Shown piece by piece: positions 25,037 through 37,667 of a stretch of DNA of 64,000 bases. The notes beneath the pieces are model-generated. The model ran no database searches. It had not been told where the DNA came from and saw only the letters and a program-made list of their open reading frames with translations. A program made the translations under genes and the position numbers. The stretch comes from Octopus sinensis. Its lineage: Eukaryota. Every line of letters starts with the position of its first letter. Positions within the stretch are counted from its first letter, which is position 1. The stretch lies in the NCBI RefSeq assembly GCF_006345805.1, contig NC_043019.1:5889360-5953359 (forward strand), in the 5' to 3' direction.

Positions 25037-25182
25037 TGACTTGGCTTCGCGAACGAAGATCAGGAAGGCTGTCCACGTCGCGTGCATGCACGCTCATGAC
25101 TGACAAGTCCGATATGGGAAAGGCAGGTCCGTGAGCAGTGTCCACAGACGAAGGTAACATCCGCTGTGGTGTCAGAGGCGGC
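25037..25182 (-). mobile_element. RTE-BovB-like LINE extreme 3' end (C2H2-type zinc finger)
   Basis: Minus strand TFVCGHCSRTCLSHIGLVSHERACTRRG then (TAA)n tail. Confidence 0.8.
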
Positions 25183-25201
25183 TATAATATATATATGAGA
25201 T

Positions 25202-25537
25202 CAAAGCCTTGTGAGTGGATTTGAAAGACGGAAACTGAAAGAAGCCCGTCTTATCTATCTATCTAGCTAGCTAGGTAGATAGATAGATAGACAAACAGAC
25301 AGAATTCTGTCTGTATGTGTGTGTGTCTTTGTGTCTGTGTTTGACCCCCACCACCGCTTGGTAAGCAGTGATGGCGTGTTTGTGTCCCTGTAACTCAGCC
25401 GTTCGGCAATAAGAAACTGATAGAGTAAGAACGAGGCTTGAAAAATAAGTATTGGTATCGATTCTTTCGACTTAAAATTCAAGACGATGCCCCAGCATGG
25501 CTGTACTGTAATAACTGAAACCAGTAAACGGTAAAAG
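25202..25537 (+). mobile_element. SINE family A, 5'-truncated
   Basis: Starts at caaagccttgtgagtggattt. Confidence 0.85.
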
Positions 25538-25696
25538 ATATATATATATATGGACGAAATGTGTAACAATGCTAATAAAGTTTTATTTTATTGTATACTG
25601 TCCATAGTTTGAAGCTTACTAACTTCCTACACTCGGACCATTGGATCATATCATATATATATATTTATATATACGCACACACTCATATATATATAT

Positions 25697-25895
25697 AGCG
25701 CAGGAGTGGCTGTGTGGTAAGTAGCTTGCTAACCAACCACATGGTTCCGGGTTCAGTCCCACTGCGTGGCATCTTGGGCAGGTGTTTTCTGCTATAGCCC
25801 CGGGCCGACCAATGCCTTGTGAGTAGATTTGGTAGACGGAAACTGAAAGAAGCCTGTCGTATATATGTATATATATATGTATTAATATATATATA

Positions 25896-25928
<33 letters not shown>

Positions 25929-26140
25929 ATGTGTGTGTGTGTGTGCGTGTGTGTGTGTGTGTTGTGTATGTTTGTGTCTGTGTTTGTCCCCCTGGCATTG
26001 CTTGACAACCGATGCTGGTGTATTTATGTCCCCCGTTACTTAGCGGTTCGGCAAAAGAGACCGATAGAATAAGTACTGGGCTTACAAAAGCATGGCCGCA
26101 GTCAAATGACTGAAACAAGTAAAAGAGTAAAGAGTAAAGA
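25697..26140 (+). mobile_element. SINE family A
   Basis: Head-to-tail match with internal (TA)n(TG)n. Confidence 0.9.
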
Positions 26141-26175
26141 TTATATATATATGTATATATATTATATATATATAA

Positions 26176-26382
26176 TGTGACCGCGTGTGTACCGTTGGCG
26201 ATTTTTTTCCTCTGTCTTTCCTTCTCTGGATCTTTCCTTCTCGTATGTTTCCGACGAAGAGCTCCGCTCGAAACGTTAAACCCTCCTTCTTTCCTTCCTT
26301 CCTGAGCGTCCAATAATACTATATTTGTTCCACGTCCTCGCGTTGTTGTGTTTTCTCTTTGTGTTTTAATGTTTGGATTAAC

Positions 26383-26383
<1 letters not shown>
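26176..26383 (+). mobile_element. Short Penelope-type pLTR-like element carrying a hammerhead motif (family H1)
   Basis: Flanked by (TA)n; sibling at 57876-58073; partial antisense piece at about 41885-41945. Confidence 0.7.
26247..26281 (+). ncRNA. Minimal type-I hammerhead ribozyme (U4C core variant)
   Basis: GTTT-CCGACGA-A-GAGC(TCC)GCTC-GAAA-CG-TT-AAAC: 4-bp stem I, 4-bp stem II, palindrome AACGTT in place of stem III; predicted cut after 26277. Confidence 0.65.
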
Positions 26384-26423
<40 letters not shown>

Positions 26424-26424
26424 T

Positions 26425-26623
26425 TTTATTCTTTTATTTTTTTCAGTCATTTGACTGCGGCCATGCTGGAGCACCGCCTTTAGTCGTACAAATCGACCCC
26501 AAGACTTATTCTTTGTAAGCCTAGTACTTATTCTATCGGGCTCTTTTGCCGAGCCGCTAAGTTACAGGGATTTACAAGCATCGGTTGTCAAGCGATGGGG
26601 GTGGGGGACAAACACAGACACAG

Positions 26624-26673
<50 letters not shown>

Positions 26674-26860
26674 TCACACACACACACACACACACACGCA
26701 TTCTATATATATACGACGGGTTTCTTTCAGTTTTCGTCTGCCAAATCCATTCACAAGGCCATGGTCGGCCGAAGCTATAGAAGACACCTGCCCAAGGAGC
26801 CATGCAGTGGAACTGAACACGAAACCATGTGGTTGGTAAGCAAGCTACCTCATGTTATCT
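26425..26860 (-). mobile_element. SINE family A
   Basis: Antisense match with internal (CA)n; head end truncated. Confidence 0.9.
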
Positions 26861-27130
26861 CATGTTGTCAGATGATAGCCATCTCACATTCAGCCTTCTC
26901 AGATTCACTCTTACTGTTGCATGTGCACAGATACGACTTATTGTCACGCATTATCGCCATCGGACTTTATAAAATACAAAACGGGCGAAGAAATGATATG
27001 ATGGTGAGACATCTGTACGGTATTAGTTTTAAGTGACAAAAGCTTGTGCAACATTTTTGCCACTCGCTCGGCCGTTCGCCGCAGCAGGTTTCAATGACAG
27101 GAACTGCAAGATGGTTGGTGTTATATTCTG

Positions 27131-27359
27131 CGGCGAGCTGAAAGAATAGTTAGCATGCCAGGCGAAATGCGTAGCCGAATTTCGTCTGCCGTTACGTTCT
27201 GAGTTCAAATTCCGCCGAGGTCGACTTTGCCTTTCATCCTTTCGGGGTCGATTAAATAAGTACCAGTTACGTACTGGGGTTGATGTAATCGACTTAATCC
27301 GTCTGTCTGTCCTTGTTTGTCCTCTCTGTGTTTAGCCCCTTGTGGGTAGTAAAGAAATA
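27131..27359 (+). mobile_element. SINE family B1
   Basis: ggcgagctg..gagttcaaattccgccgaggtcgactttgcctttcatcctttcggggtcga..gtagtaaagaaata; 14-bp TSD GGTGTTATATTCTG / GGTATTATATTTTG (2 mismatches). Confidence 0.92.
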
Positions 27360-27478
27360 GGTATTATATTTTGATTACCAATGTTATGTCAGAGTAGCTT
27401 TCTGCATGAAGAACTGCCTTCCCCGTGGTTTTTTCAAAAATAATGGGAGCCTCTTTTAGCCCTGGGAAACCTATTTAA

Positions 27479-28322
27479 CCCCTTGACGCCGGTATTACAC
27501 GAAGCATGCGAGACACTACTCCGGGTTTTTAAACTATTGACGCCACACAAACACACAGTTGCCAACGAGATTGCGTCTATTTAGTTCACCGTTACAATAA
27601 CATAACGTCTGCCGGTTTGTGAAAACGAACTATGGGAACCTATTTATCATGATACTAGCACCATGACCCGGCAACGCATATACAGCTGCGTGCGTGCGCA
27701 CATAGACGCGAGTACTGTCCAAATCTCCGACCAATCACATACAGCTAGCTGGCATTCAATTGGCGTATCAAGTTTCAGGTATTTTGATTGGGTTTTAGAT
27801 AGAAAATTCACAAAAAAGTCACTTTGATTTTTAAATGGCTTTACGGGGTGACTGGGGAAATGTAAAGATGTGCACGACCACCCTTGGACGGTTTTATATG
27901 ACCATAGAAAGTGCGAGCCCTCTAACTGAAAAATTGTGGATTTGTATAAAGGACACACACGCAGACATTTTGCCGTTTATATATAGAGAGATGATATGCA
28001 CGAGTTATTCTGCTCAAGTTCAAAAAATAGCTTGCATGTGGTAGAACTCAAAACACGGTATTATGCATGTGAAGTATCCACATGTCATTGGTCTACTGCT
28101 AGTCTCATGACTTGAACGTAACCTAAAATGGCTAAAATAATGCACAGAACGGCGAGTGCGCGCACCTCAAGAGATAAAGTACACAATAGCGAACGTAAAC
28201 ATACGTCAGCCGCTAAAACGTCCGTGATGGATGTAGGGCAGCTCTACATCGTATATTTACGTTAACCGCAGGTAGGCAAGCAAAAGTGTGATCGCATATT
28301 TGCGTCAACCGTTGTCAAGGGG
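27479..28322. mobile_element. Non-autonomous piggyBac-like element
   Basis: TTAA|CCCCTTGAC ... GTCAAGGGG|TTAA; sub-terminal similarity CGGT..ATGCGA. Confidence 0.88.
27655..27991 (-). mobile_element. Non-autonomous Helitron nested in the piggyBac-like element
   Basis: Minus strand A|TC start and CTAG|T end; ends resemble those of the 37770 copy (tgccgtttatatata; tactagca..cccggc). Confidence 0.7.
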
Positions 28323-28514
28323 TTAACCCATAGAAGGGGATCCTGACAGATACTTCCCGCTCCCCACAACACACAAATCGCCCAAACTGAAACTTCACCA
28401 CAGGATGATTTTAATTGAGGTGTTTCATGTTTTTTTAGTACAACCTAAAGCGAAACGGTGTGTAAATATGTAAATAACCGTTCACAAAGGAACGGGCGCT
28501 CACAATATATCTTT

Positions 28515-28789
28515 TATCTTTTACTTGTTTCAGTCATTAAACTGAGGCCATGCTGGAGCACCGCCTTGAGGAATTTTAGTTGAACGAATCGACCTCAGTT
28601 TTTTTTTTGTTAAGACAGGTACCTATTATATCGGTCCCTTTTGCCGAACGGCTGGTTAACAGGGATGTAAACACCCAACACCGGTTGTCAAGAGAGAGGT
28701 GGTGAACAAACACAGACACAGACACAGACACACATACATACATACTACATACATACATACATACATACATACATACATACAAACATACA

Positions 28790-28823
<34 letters not shown>

Positions 28824-29098
28824 CATACATACATACATATATACATACATACATATATACATACATACAAACATACATACATACATACATACATACTACA
28901 TACATACATACATACACACACTCTAACATGTGTACACCGGGATTCTTCCAGTTTCCGTCTACCAAATCCACTCACAAGGCTTTGGTCGGCCCGAGGCTAT
29001 AATAGAAGACATTTTCCCAGGGTTCCACGTAGTGGGACTGAATCCGGAACCGTGTGGCTGGGAAGCAATCTTCTTACCACGCAGCCACGCCGGTGCCT
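28515..29098 (-). mobile_element. SINE family A with expanded internal (CATA)n
   Basis: Antisense match; (CATA)n at 28735-28920. Confidence 0.9.
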
Positions 29099-29126
29099 GG
29101 ACTTTCCACGCAAATTATCATCAAAC

Positions 29127-29525
29127 AGGCGCAGGAGTGGCTGTGTGGTAAGTAGCTTGCTTACCAACCACATGGTTCCGGGTTCAGTCCTACTGCGTGG
29201 CACCTTGGGCAAGTATCTTCTACTATAGCCTCGGGCCGACCAAAGCCTTGTGAGTGGATTTGGTAGACGGAAACTGTAAGAAGCTCGTCGTATATATGTA
29301 TGGTATGTGCGTGTGTGTTTGTGTGCCTGTGTTTGTCCCCCTAGTATTGCTTGACAACCGATGCTGGTGTGTTTATGTCCCCGTCACTTAGCGGTTCGGC
29401 AAAAGAGACCGATAGAATAAGTACTGGGCTTACAAAGAATAAGTCCCGGGTCGAGTTGCTCGATTAAAGGTGGTGCTCCAGCATGGCCGCAGTCAAATGA
29501 CTGAAACAAGTAAAAGAGTAAAGAG
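29127..29525 (+). mobile_element. SINE family A
   Basis: Full length; head-to-head with the previous copy, ~28 bp apart. Confidence 0.92.
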
Positions 29526-30175
29526 TTACTTCCCAGAGAAAAAGGTGAAATGAAAACAAGAAGCCTCTCCAGATTGCCACCATTTTCTCCCATTCATTCG
29601 TTGTTTGAATTTCCTTCCACAATATTTCTCATAAATATTTGTTACATTGGTTCAAATAAATCGAACTAATTTTAGCATCTACAACCTTCTTATTCAGGAA
29701 TATATTTTTTCATTTGCATCAAGTTGCAGGTTTGTTTTCTCTCTATTTCGCATCTTTCACACGATCCGTTAATTTCAGCGGTATTTACTTTGTCTGGACA
29801 CATTGTTTGTTTCAATAAAAATGGATTAGTCTCTGCACACCGTCTGACATTGCTTTATTAACTTGGACTATACATAAATTTCAACATTACTTAACTTTAT
29901 ATCAACTTAAGCAGTCGATACAGCCATCAATTCAAAGTTGTTTTGATGTTTTAGTAAGCAACGACGGCGTGTAACTGAGAAACATAAATCAATCGCAATA
30001 AATACACATTTAAATGCACAGCCTACCACGGACACCCCAAACGTAAACAATAAACAAACACAATATATTCATACGTCACATGAATCATACATATATACAT
30101 ATATACAGTCATTCATACATATGTGCATACATACGCACACACATACATACACACACACATACATACATACATACA

Positions 30176-30209
<34 letters not shown>

Positions 30210-30252
30210 CATACATACATACATATACATACATACATGCATACATACATAT

Positions 30253-30610
30253 AGGTGCAGGAGTGGTTGTGTGGTAAGTAGCTTGCTTACCAACCACATG
30301 GTTCCGGGTTCAGTTCCAACTGTGTGGCACCTTGGGCAAAAGTCTTGTGAGTGGATTTGGTAGACGGAAACTGAAAGAAGCCCGTCGTATATATGTATAT
30401 GTATATATATGTGTGTGTGTGTTTGTTCCCCCAACATCGCTTGACAACCGATACTGGTGTGTTTATGTCCCCGTAACTTAGCGGTTCGGCAAAAGAGACC
30501 GATAGAATAAGTACTAGGCTTACAAAGAATAAGTCCTGGGGTCGATTTGTTCGACTAAAGGTGGTGCTCCAGCATGGCCACAGTCAAATGACAGAAACAA
30601 GTAAAAGAGA
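30253..30610 (+). mobile_element. SINE family A
   Basis: Head-to-tail match with a deletion in the CORE-like part. Confidence 0.9.
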
Positions 30611-30619
30611 GAGTATAGT

Positions 30620-31043
30620 ATACATTCATACATACATACATACAAACATACATACATACATACATACATACACACACATACACACATACATACATATTAC
30701 ATACATGCAAACATACGTTCATACATACATACATACATACATACACGCACATACATACATACATACATACATACACATACATGCATGCATACATAAATAC
30801 ATACATACACACACACATACATACATACATACATACACACACATACATACATACATACATACACACATACATACATACATACATACATACATAAATACAT
30901 ACATACACACATGCATGCATACATACATACATACATACATACATACATACATACATACATAAATACATACATACATACATACATACATACATACATACAT
31001 ACATACATACATACATACATACATACATACATACATACATACA

Positions 31044-31077
<34 letters not shown>

Positions 31078-31125
31078 CACACATACATACATGCATACAT
31101 ATATACACACATACTTACATGCATG
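30620..31125. repeat. (CATA)n microsatellite (a second tract at 30080-30250)
   Basis: Direct. Confidence 0.95.
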
Positions 31126-31159
31126 CATCTACTTTAATATCTGAAGTGATAAACAATGT

Positions 31160-32641
31160 AGGAGGCTTGCAACAGTATGGTTTGATTATAGGAAGGCATT
31201 CGACTTTAATGGTCACTACTAGCTGCGGAGTGCTTACATTTGGCAGAAGTGGTTGCTTCCTTAAATGTTAACGTTGAGAGGTTCACAAAGATCTGGGCAA
31301 CAATTCTTTCACTTGGAACTGAGAGTGACACGACCGTCTCCAATGTTATGGATATTTCAAAGGGAATATTCCAAGGAGATAGTCTTTGCGCAATTTCTGC
31401 GCATTTTGGCATTAAATGCAAGTATCATTCCTGCTACAAAAATCAAATGGTTACATGCTAAGGTCTGTAACTGCTAGAGATATTAGTGTAACCCATAATT
31501 TCTTCGTGGATGGCCTCAAGATTTATGCTAAAAATGTTAACAATGACAACAAAAAAGCGGCTGAAATTAATAACATTTTCAGCTGACATAGGAATGGAAT
31601 TTGGTCAAAACAAATGTCCATATTTGATCGTTGAGTGCGGAAAATCAGTCTCCCAGACCGAAAACCTGTGCATGAATGGACTCACTATCTCTCCTGCCCT
31701 ACACAAAGAATGCTACAAGTACCTAAGCATTGATGAAAATATGTCATAGGAAGGCAATGTGAATAAAGTATAGATCGACCCGAGAATATGATGCCAGACA
31801 GGAAAATATGGCAGTCGAAACTCTCCTCTTACAACAAGACAATATCGCACAATACATTTCCAGTACCAGTGCTGATTCCAGCATTTGGAGTACTTGAGTG
31901 GTCTGTAGCGAATATCCATTAAATGCTGCAAGATCCTGACATCAACAGGAAATGTCCACAGAAATTGGGATATCGACAAGTTCTACCTAAGAAGAAATGA
32001 AGGAGGTAGAGGCCTGCGATCAGTGCAAACAGCATGTCCTAAACAGCAGCATCGAAAATAAATACATTAACTTAGTACTGAGAAGTAAAGAGAATAATAT
32101 CCTACGAGTGGGCAGCGAGCTCCTCAAGAAGCACTCACTTCCTGATGACCACCCATACAACCCCCAAACAGCCGGATTAACATGCATCGATGAAGATCTA
32201 GCTGTGAAACTTTCAGCATAAGAGAAAAAGGCTATGCATGGGTACTTGAAGTAGACAGTGATATCGTCAAGAAGCGAAGTCTCTCGTGGACCCATGACCG
32301 CTACACCACGTCTCACGAAGGTTACGAATTTGCAATCCAAGAACAGGAGATGTCTGCGAAATACTTAATCAACAAAAGAGACAGTGAAACCCTTGGAGTT
32401 CCGAGATGCAATCGATTATGTAGACTCTCTTTCTCTTTTACTCTTTTACTTGTTTCAGTCATTTGACTGCGGCCATGCTGGAGCACCGCCTTTAGTCGAG
32501 CAAATCGACACCGGGACTTATTCTTTGTAAGCCCAGTACTTATTCTATCGGGTTCTTTTGCCGAACCGCTAAGTGACGGGGACGTAAACACACCAGCATC
32601 GGTTGTCAAGCAATGCTAGGGGGACAAACACAGACACACAA

Positions 32642-32672
<31 letters not shown>

Positions 32673-33290
32673 CATATATACGACAGGCTTCTTTCAGTTT
32701 CCGTCTACCAAATTCACTCACAAGGCATTGGTCGGCCCGGGGCTATAGTAGAAGACACTTGCCCAAGATTCCACGCAGTGGGACTGAACCCGGAACCATG
32801 TGGTTGGTTAGCAAGCTACTTACCACACAGCCACTCCTGTGAAAGACCCTCACACACGATTAGCAGCGGCCCAAAAATGTCATCGAGGCAGTTCGTACCT
32901 ATCCGACATGTCGTTGTCGCAAAAACAATATACAGTGACATTCAGAAAAAAAGACTGCCTGGGAATGAACATTGAGAATCTCCTCGTTATTGAATACATA
33001 TCCAAATATCAACACGAGGAAAACTGGTAGAACATTCCCATCGAAACAGCTGTCGTAAACATAACAGACCGGATATTGTTTGGATCAGACAAGAAAAGTA
33101 TGTAGCGTTCTAGAGGTCAGCTGTCCTGTTGTGAATATTTCTTTGAAAATCAAAGAGAAAGGGTATAACTATGGACAACTGTAGATGGAACAGTAAAAAT
33201 ATGCAAGACTTTTCTCAAGTTTAGAATGTGACGTTGCTTTTGTTATCTACACTCCAACGATGAAGCTTTGTTAGAAACTAGCTCCTTCCT
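31160..33290 (+). mobile_element. Decayed R4/Dong-like RLE non-LTR retrotransposon (RT, CCHC knuckle, RLE), interrupted by SINE-A
   Basis: WFDYRKAFD, KGIFQGDSL, FFVDGLKIYAK, DIGMEFGQNKC, YKYLSIDEN, FYLRRNEGGRGLRS, FAIQEQ, ISSGPKMSSR..RHVVVAK, HNRPDIV, VSCPVVNISLKIKEK; frameshifted. Confidence 0.88.
32428..32840 (-). mobile_element. SINE family A nested in the R4-like element
   Basis: Full antisense match. Confidence 0.93.
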
Positions 33291-33329
33291 CAAAGGTAGG
33301 ATTTAAATAATTAAAAACAGAAGAGAACA

Positions 33330-33544
33330 TGTATGCATACATTCATAATACATACATACGTACATACATACATGAATACATACATACATACATACATACA
33401 TACATACATACATACATACATACATACATACATACATACATGCATGCATACATACATACATACATACATACATACATACATACATGCATACATACATACA
33501 TGCATACATACATACATACATACATACATACATACATACATACA

Positions 33545-33575
<31 letters not shown>
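33330..33575. repeat. (CATA)n microsatellite
   Basis: Direct. Confidence 0.95.
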
Positions 33576-33576
<1 letters not shown>

Positions 33577-33853
33577 GACTGCATACGGTTCGAATACGCT
33601 TAGGCAAATGCCCAAAGCTTAGATACGGACAAATGGCTAAGACAAATATATAAATATTTAAATGTAAGACTATATATAAAAATAAAGGAGAGAACTAAAA
33701 AAGGAGGGGCAACTAAGAAGAATGTGAATACAGAAATAGAAGACGGTCTCTAAACTTTGGCAGCCATAATATTAATTAGCTACAACGAGATTATACTAGA
33801 GACAGTTGAGATTAACTTACCTAGAGGTCAGAGTTAAATCATAAAGAAAGTAT

Positions 33854-34265
33854 AGGCGCAGGTGTGGCTGTATGGTAAGTAGCTTGCTAACCAACCACAT
33901 GGTTCCGGGTTCAGTCCCACTGCACGGCATCTTGGGCAAGTGTCTTCTGCTATAGCCCCGGGCCGACCAATGCCTTGTGAGTGGATTTGGTAGACGGAAA
34001 CTGAAAGAAGCCTGTCGTATATATGTATATATGTATATATATTTGTGTGTGTTTGTGTGTCTGTGTTTGTCCCCCTAGCATTGCTTGACAACCGATGCTG
34101 GTGTGTTTACGTCCCCGTCACTTAGCGGTTCGGCAAAAGAGACCGATAGAATAAGTACTGGGCTTACAAAGAATAAGTCCTGGGGTCGGTTTGCTCGACT
34201 AAAAGGCGGTGCTCCAGCATGGCCGCAGTCAAATGACTGAAACAAGTAAAAGAGTAAAAAAGAGT
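33854..34265 (+). mobile_element. SINE family A
   Basis: Full length. Confidence 0.93.
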
Positions 34266-34394
34266 AAATAGAGTATATGAAGGATGTGGGAGTATTTAGA
34301 ACAAAAAAAACAGTGAAATAAAGGGGAATCTGAAATATTGAGTTTACATGAAGTAACAGTGGGCGGAGTGCACCCTAAAAATACGTACACACAG

Positions 34395-34800
34395 TACTCT
34401 CTCTCTCTTTACTCTTTTACTCTTTTACTTGTTTCAGTCATTTGACTGTGGCCATGCTGGAGCACCGCCTTTAGTCGAGCAAACCGATCCCAGGACTTAA
34501 TCTTTGTAAGCCTAGTACTTATTCTATCTCAAAGTTACGGGGACGTAAACACACCAGCATCGGTTGTCAAGCGATGTTGGGGGACAAACATAGACACAAA
34601 CATATACACGCACATATATATATATACATATATACGACGGGCTTCTTTCAGTTTCCGTCTACCAAATCCACTCACAAGGTTTTGGTCGGCCCGAGGCTAT
34701 AGTAGAAGACACTTGCCCAAGGTGTCACGCAGTGGGACTGAACCTGGAACCATGTGGTTGGTAAGCAAGCTACTTACCACACAGCCACTCCTACGCCTAA
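34395..34800 (-). mobile_element. SINE family A
   Basis: Full length antisense, tail-to-tail with the previous copy. Confidence 0.93.
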
Positions 34801-35239
34801 GTATAAGCTATGTTAAAAAGATGCTTTTAAAAATATCAGAAATTAAAATATAATACTTAAACAGAAGAATAAATTGTGAAAAGTGAAATAGCGATAAAAA
34901 AATGTACAACAAAATAAAAACATTGGGAGTGTGAGCCACAAAGATAGAGCGTAAAACGGACAAAGAAAGGAAATGGCAATATTCAACCAGACCAAATAGT
35001 GAAATATCTACAGAGCAGAACAAAGCAAAGAAATATATGAATAAAAGGGAATATGAAGACAATACGAAAATAGAAAATTCTAACGATGGAAAACATAGAT
35101 ACGATAATATAAGTAATAGATCTTCCTCTCGATAAAACTTAACGGTAAATAACACCAACAATTAAGAGAAATCTGGTCTTGAACATTGTCGATCAATTGA
35201 ACAGATATCAACATATGATCGGGTTAAACACACACATAC

Positions 35240-35450
35240 ACATTGCGTACGACTCATTGCCGAAGCATGTCTCTGTAACATAGTTCTCAAGTTTAATGCA
35301 AAATTTCACGTTGGCTCTTTGTTCCAACATCCTGTCCATGACAAAATCGCTGACGTACAGCATACACACGATCACAAAAGCACAAATTTCACAATTTGCG
35401 AAGTAAACACAGCGACGTCACCCGGCACACTGCCTTATTAAGGTCCCCGT
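35240..35450 (-). mobile_element. Mariner 5' fragment (second family)
   Basis: Minus strand MDRMLEQRANVKFCIKL, a mariner transposase N-terminal motif. Confidence 0.7.
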
Positions 35451-35451
35451 T

Positions 35452-35750
35452 GGCTCTATCGGTCTCTTTTGCCGAACCGCTACGTGACGGGGACGTAAAC
35501 ACACCAGCATCGGTTGTCAAGCAATGCTAGGGGGACAAACACACACACACAAACACACATATATATATATATACATACATATATACGACAGGCTTCTTTC
35601 AGTTTCCGTCTACCAAATCCACTCACAAGGCATTGGTCGGCCCGGGGCTATAGCAGAAGACACTTGCCCAAGATGCCACGCAGTGGGACTGAACCCGGAA
35701 CCATGTGGTTGGTTAGCAAGCTACTTACCACACAGCCACTCCTGCGCCTG
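35452..35750 (-). mobile_element. SINE family A, 3'-truncated
   Basis: Antisense match. Confidence 0.9.
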
Positions 35751-36603
35751 TGATCTTCCATATTTTTAAAATCTTTTTATAAAAGTGAAAGAATTTTGTC
35801 TATTTATTTATTTCCACCTGTGACGGTTATTAAATTGGCTAGGAACACTGTACGCGATGACTATCCAATACCAAACAATCTTAATTTCCATATTTAAAAT
35901 GCATTAAACTTTGGAAAGCTTATCTTTACCTATTTTGAGTTACTTGAAAGGTGATGTTCCCTTCCCTCTCTTCTATTTCTTGATACTTTTGTTTACCTAC
36001 CAATGCGTTGTTTCACTTGAAGGATGCTTATTTACCCATCCATTATGATATTTCGACTGTTGTCCATTTATTCAAATACGTTTTAGCATTGTCGTTCAGC
36101 CCTTTTTTTAAAAACTATCACATATGATTCGTCCTAAAGAATCAACCTTTAAATAAGAGTTTTGTTCCCACTAGCGAAAGCTATACACATCTTTCAGAAA
36201 GCTTTGATTTTATGCAGCATTTGCTGTTAGTTTATGCGCAAGCGATGTGGGAAGACAGAAAACAAGGGCTTTTGTTAGCTTATCTCTCCGAAAAAGTAGT
36301 TCCTTTTGCTGCTGAAAACAGAAATAAACTCGCAGAGGGGAAGTTTCAACGTCTTCCTTCAGTTCCATTACACCATTTATGTGGCTGTTTCTGACATGAA
36401 ATGTCGCTTTCATGTAAAACAACGATATTTTGTAGTCATTACACATAATCTACACTCAATACACTTCAGTAGCTCCACTTTGCATCGCTTATATGTTTTA
36501 TGATCATTAAAGTGAAACGACACCCACAATAACCAGCCTTCACCAAAGCACCTTAAACCGTCCAAAGGACAGGTGAGTTTGCTAGGATGTATATATATAT
36601 ATA

Positions 36604-37098
36604 CTAGCAGTATCGCCCGGCGTTGCTCGGGTTTGTAAGGGAAATAACTATATAAGCATTTTTAGAGATGTAAAGTATAATAGCCATCTCAATATGGCTA
36701 ACCACAAAGCGGGGTGTTACTGTAGCTTTTTACGTTCTGAGATTTAATAATACATTTTTAGAGAGTTACTTCCCTAATATAATAGCAAAAAATGCATTAA
36801 AAATGGGAAAAAATGATGGTAAATTTTTTTTTAAATCGTTGATTCATCGTAGACATTTTTAGAGAGTTACTTCCCTTATATAATAGCGAAAAAATGCATT
36901 AAAATGGAAAAAATTATGGTAAATTTTTTTTTTAAATCGTAGACTCATCGTAGACGCGCGCTAATACCCAGAAGGGCTCGATATGAATCACGACTATAAG
37001 ATATCCGCTTTTGGTTACACTGCACTTCAAAATGTGGGAGTAGTTAGGAATCTAAATCGTAGGAGACAGACACGCAACTTCACTTTTATATATAAAGA
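36604..37098 (-). mobile_element. Non-autonomous Helitron
   Basis: Minus strand A|TC...CCCGAGCAACGCCGGG hairpin...CTAG|T, no TSD. Confidence 0.9.
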
Positions 37099-37109
37099 TA
37101 TATATATAA

Positions 37110-37264
37110 GAAGAAAATGGAGAAATTGCCATACAGACATCAGTTTATTCAAATATATTCAGATCAGTATAATATGAAATTCTGATCCCTACACTCGCTT
37201 CCATATCCAATTGATTCAATTAGAGAAACTAAGTTAAATTAAATCAAAATTTTCATATTGAAAC
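37110..37264. repeat. Diverged inverted repeat, left arm (right arm 39666-39827)
   Basis: ggagaaat..agacatcagt.tattcaaa.atattc..tataatatgaaattct.atccctaca..tttcatattga matches the reverse complement of 39666-39827. Confidence 0.75.
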
Positions 37265-37363
37265 AGATGATTTTATTTCAATTGTATTTGGTAACGTTTA
37301 AGTTTTCCCTTGCTTACATAGTTGTATTAGGCATAACAATTGCGCACGAATATGGATGACGCG

Positions 37364-37463
37364 ATACTATAATATGATAATTAATCTGCAGTTTTTGATG
37401 TCATATTTTTTGTTGGCTTCCATATTTTAATAAATGCATGTATAATTACATGATGAATATTAC

Positions 37464-37499
<36 letters not shown>

Positions 37500-37629
37500 C
37501 ACCCCCCCCCTAGTTCACCTTATCTGCAACACCAACACCAATAATAACTATTATGTATTGTAAACGCGCACACACAACTATACTATATCATACATATTTG
37601 TTTATATATATATATACATATATATATAT

Positions 37630-37667
<38 letters not shown>

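Noticed and set aside
36513-36572. 60-nt candidate exon ending at a strong donor CAG|GTGAGT
   Set aside because: Weak acceptor, low-information peptide (ETTPTITSLHQSTLNRPKD), no partner exons
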